Assembly (NCBI GenBank): GCA_963811305.1
Contig: CAWEQU010000008.1
Coordinates: 166,587 to 230,586, forward strand
Origin: an uncultured Chloroflexia bacterium
Lineage (GTDB): Bacteria; Chloroflexota; Chloroflexia; QHBQ01; JADMIH01
Length of the DNA: 64,000 nt
Direction of reading: 5' to 3'
The notes beneath the pieces are model-generated. The model worked only from the letters and a program-made list of their open reading frames with translations, was not told the origin of the DNA and searched no databases. This document shows, piece by piece, positions 63,213 through 64,000 of the stretch (position 1 is its first letter; each line of letters opens with the position of its first letter). The position numbers were made by a program, and so were the translations under genes.

Positions 63213-64000
63213 ATGAATTTGAAACTACCGCGATTTAGGCTTATAGCAGCGGTGCTTGCTTTAGCCTCGCTTGCTTATGCAATACAGGACCGTTCGCCCG
63301 TTAGTGTTGCAGAAAGAATCAATCTGGCACCGTCTCAGAGCGACGAAGGTTGGGACCATCGGTTCGCGCCGCCTGGCGTCAATGGCTCAATCGGGTCCCT
63401 GGCCAGCAGTGGCGACATCCTCTACGTAGCCGGAGGTTTCAGCCAGGCTGGAGGCATAGACGCCAATCGGGTAGCTAAATGGGACCCGGCCAACGAACAG
63501 TGGTCGGCCCTGGGTCCGGGCCTCAGTCGCACGGTCAGGGCGCTTGCGGCGAGCGGCAACTACCTCTACGCAGGTGGCGACTTCACGAGTGGCCCCAACA
63601 TAACTTACGTGGCGCGGTGGGATGAGGCAACCGGCGAGTGGTCCAACATTGGCAACATCACGGGCGGGGTCGTACTGGCACTGGCTGCGACTGAGGAGGG
63701 CATCCTCTACGTTGGGGGCAACTTCTCCGGCGCAGGAGGGGTGAGTGCCAATTATATAGCGAAGTGGGACAGTAACACTGGAGAGTGGTCAACAGTTGGT
63801 TCCGGCAGCCAAAATGGCACCAATGGCAATGTCAACGCTATTGCCGTCAATGGTGGTGAGGTCTATGTCGGCGGCACCTTCAGCCAGGCTGGTGGCCTGG
63901 CTGCTTCCCGCGTGGCTCGCTGGAACGGCAGCCAATGGGCGGCCCTGGGCAGCGGCTTGAACGCGTCTGTAGAGGGAGTTGCCGTGCGGGGCAGCGACGT
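63213..64000 (+). CDS. Secreted beta-propeller repeat protein (partial, runs off the window)
   Basis: AGGAG RBS + ATG; own translation gives a signal peptide then repeats LYVAGGFSQAGG..ANRVAKWD..WSALG. Confidence 0.85.
   Translation, partial: MNLKLPRFRLIAAVLALASLAYAIQDRSPVSVAERINLAPSQSDEGWDHRFAPPGVNGSIGSLASSGDILYVAGGFSQAGGIDANRVAKWDPANEQWSALGPGLSRTVRALAASGNYLYAGGDFTSGPNITYVARWDEATGEWSNIGNITGGVVLALAATEEGILYVGGNFSGAGGVSANYIAKWDSNTGEWSTVGSGSQNGTNGNVNAIAVNGGEVYVGGTFSQAGGLAASRVARWNGSQWAALGSGLNASVEGVAVRGSD

Overview
64 kb of a Chloroflexota-like chromosome, inferred from phylum-typical surface domains, a sortase-type signal and heptamer repeats. Many single-base frameshifts are spread across essential genes and most likely reflect long-read errors. 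From left to right: (1) 0.5-8.3 kb is an island ending at tRNA-Lys beside an integrase remnant. It carries two HTH-TPR regulators and a mirror-image pair of modules, each a secreted Cys-loop peptide (C-x-GPNPPPDYD-x-PC) divergent from a membrane-anchored XRE-HTH protein. This is the best candidate for an undescribed peptide signalling system. (2) 8.5-36.5 kb is housekeeping (fur, ispG, phosphonate-type SBP, HIT, vWA, ftcD/fchA, nadE plus amidase, murG, GGDEF, nth, GNATs). (3) 36.6-41.4 kb holds cassettes, including a QueC-like/ImmA-XRE/PIN operon, stacked behind the 5S rRNA and bounded by degenerate copies of the 5S 3' end. (4) A 23S-5S operon with no 16S carries a LAGLIDADG group I intron at about E. 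coli U2533 and a helix-45 insertion. (5) 46-50.8 kb is a toxin-antitoxin cassette array punctuated by a repeated structured-RNA-like element. (6) 51-64 kb has a BTAD/AAA regulator, three kinase-less membrane sensor paralogs, a partner-switching (SpoIIE/HATPase/STAS) cluster and a partial secreted beta-propeller gene.
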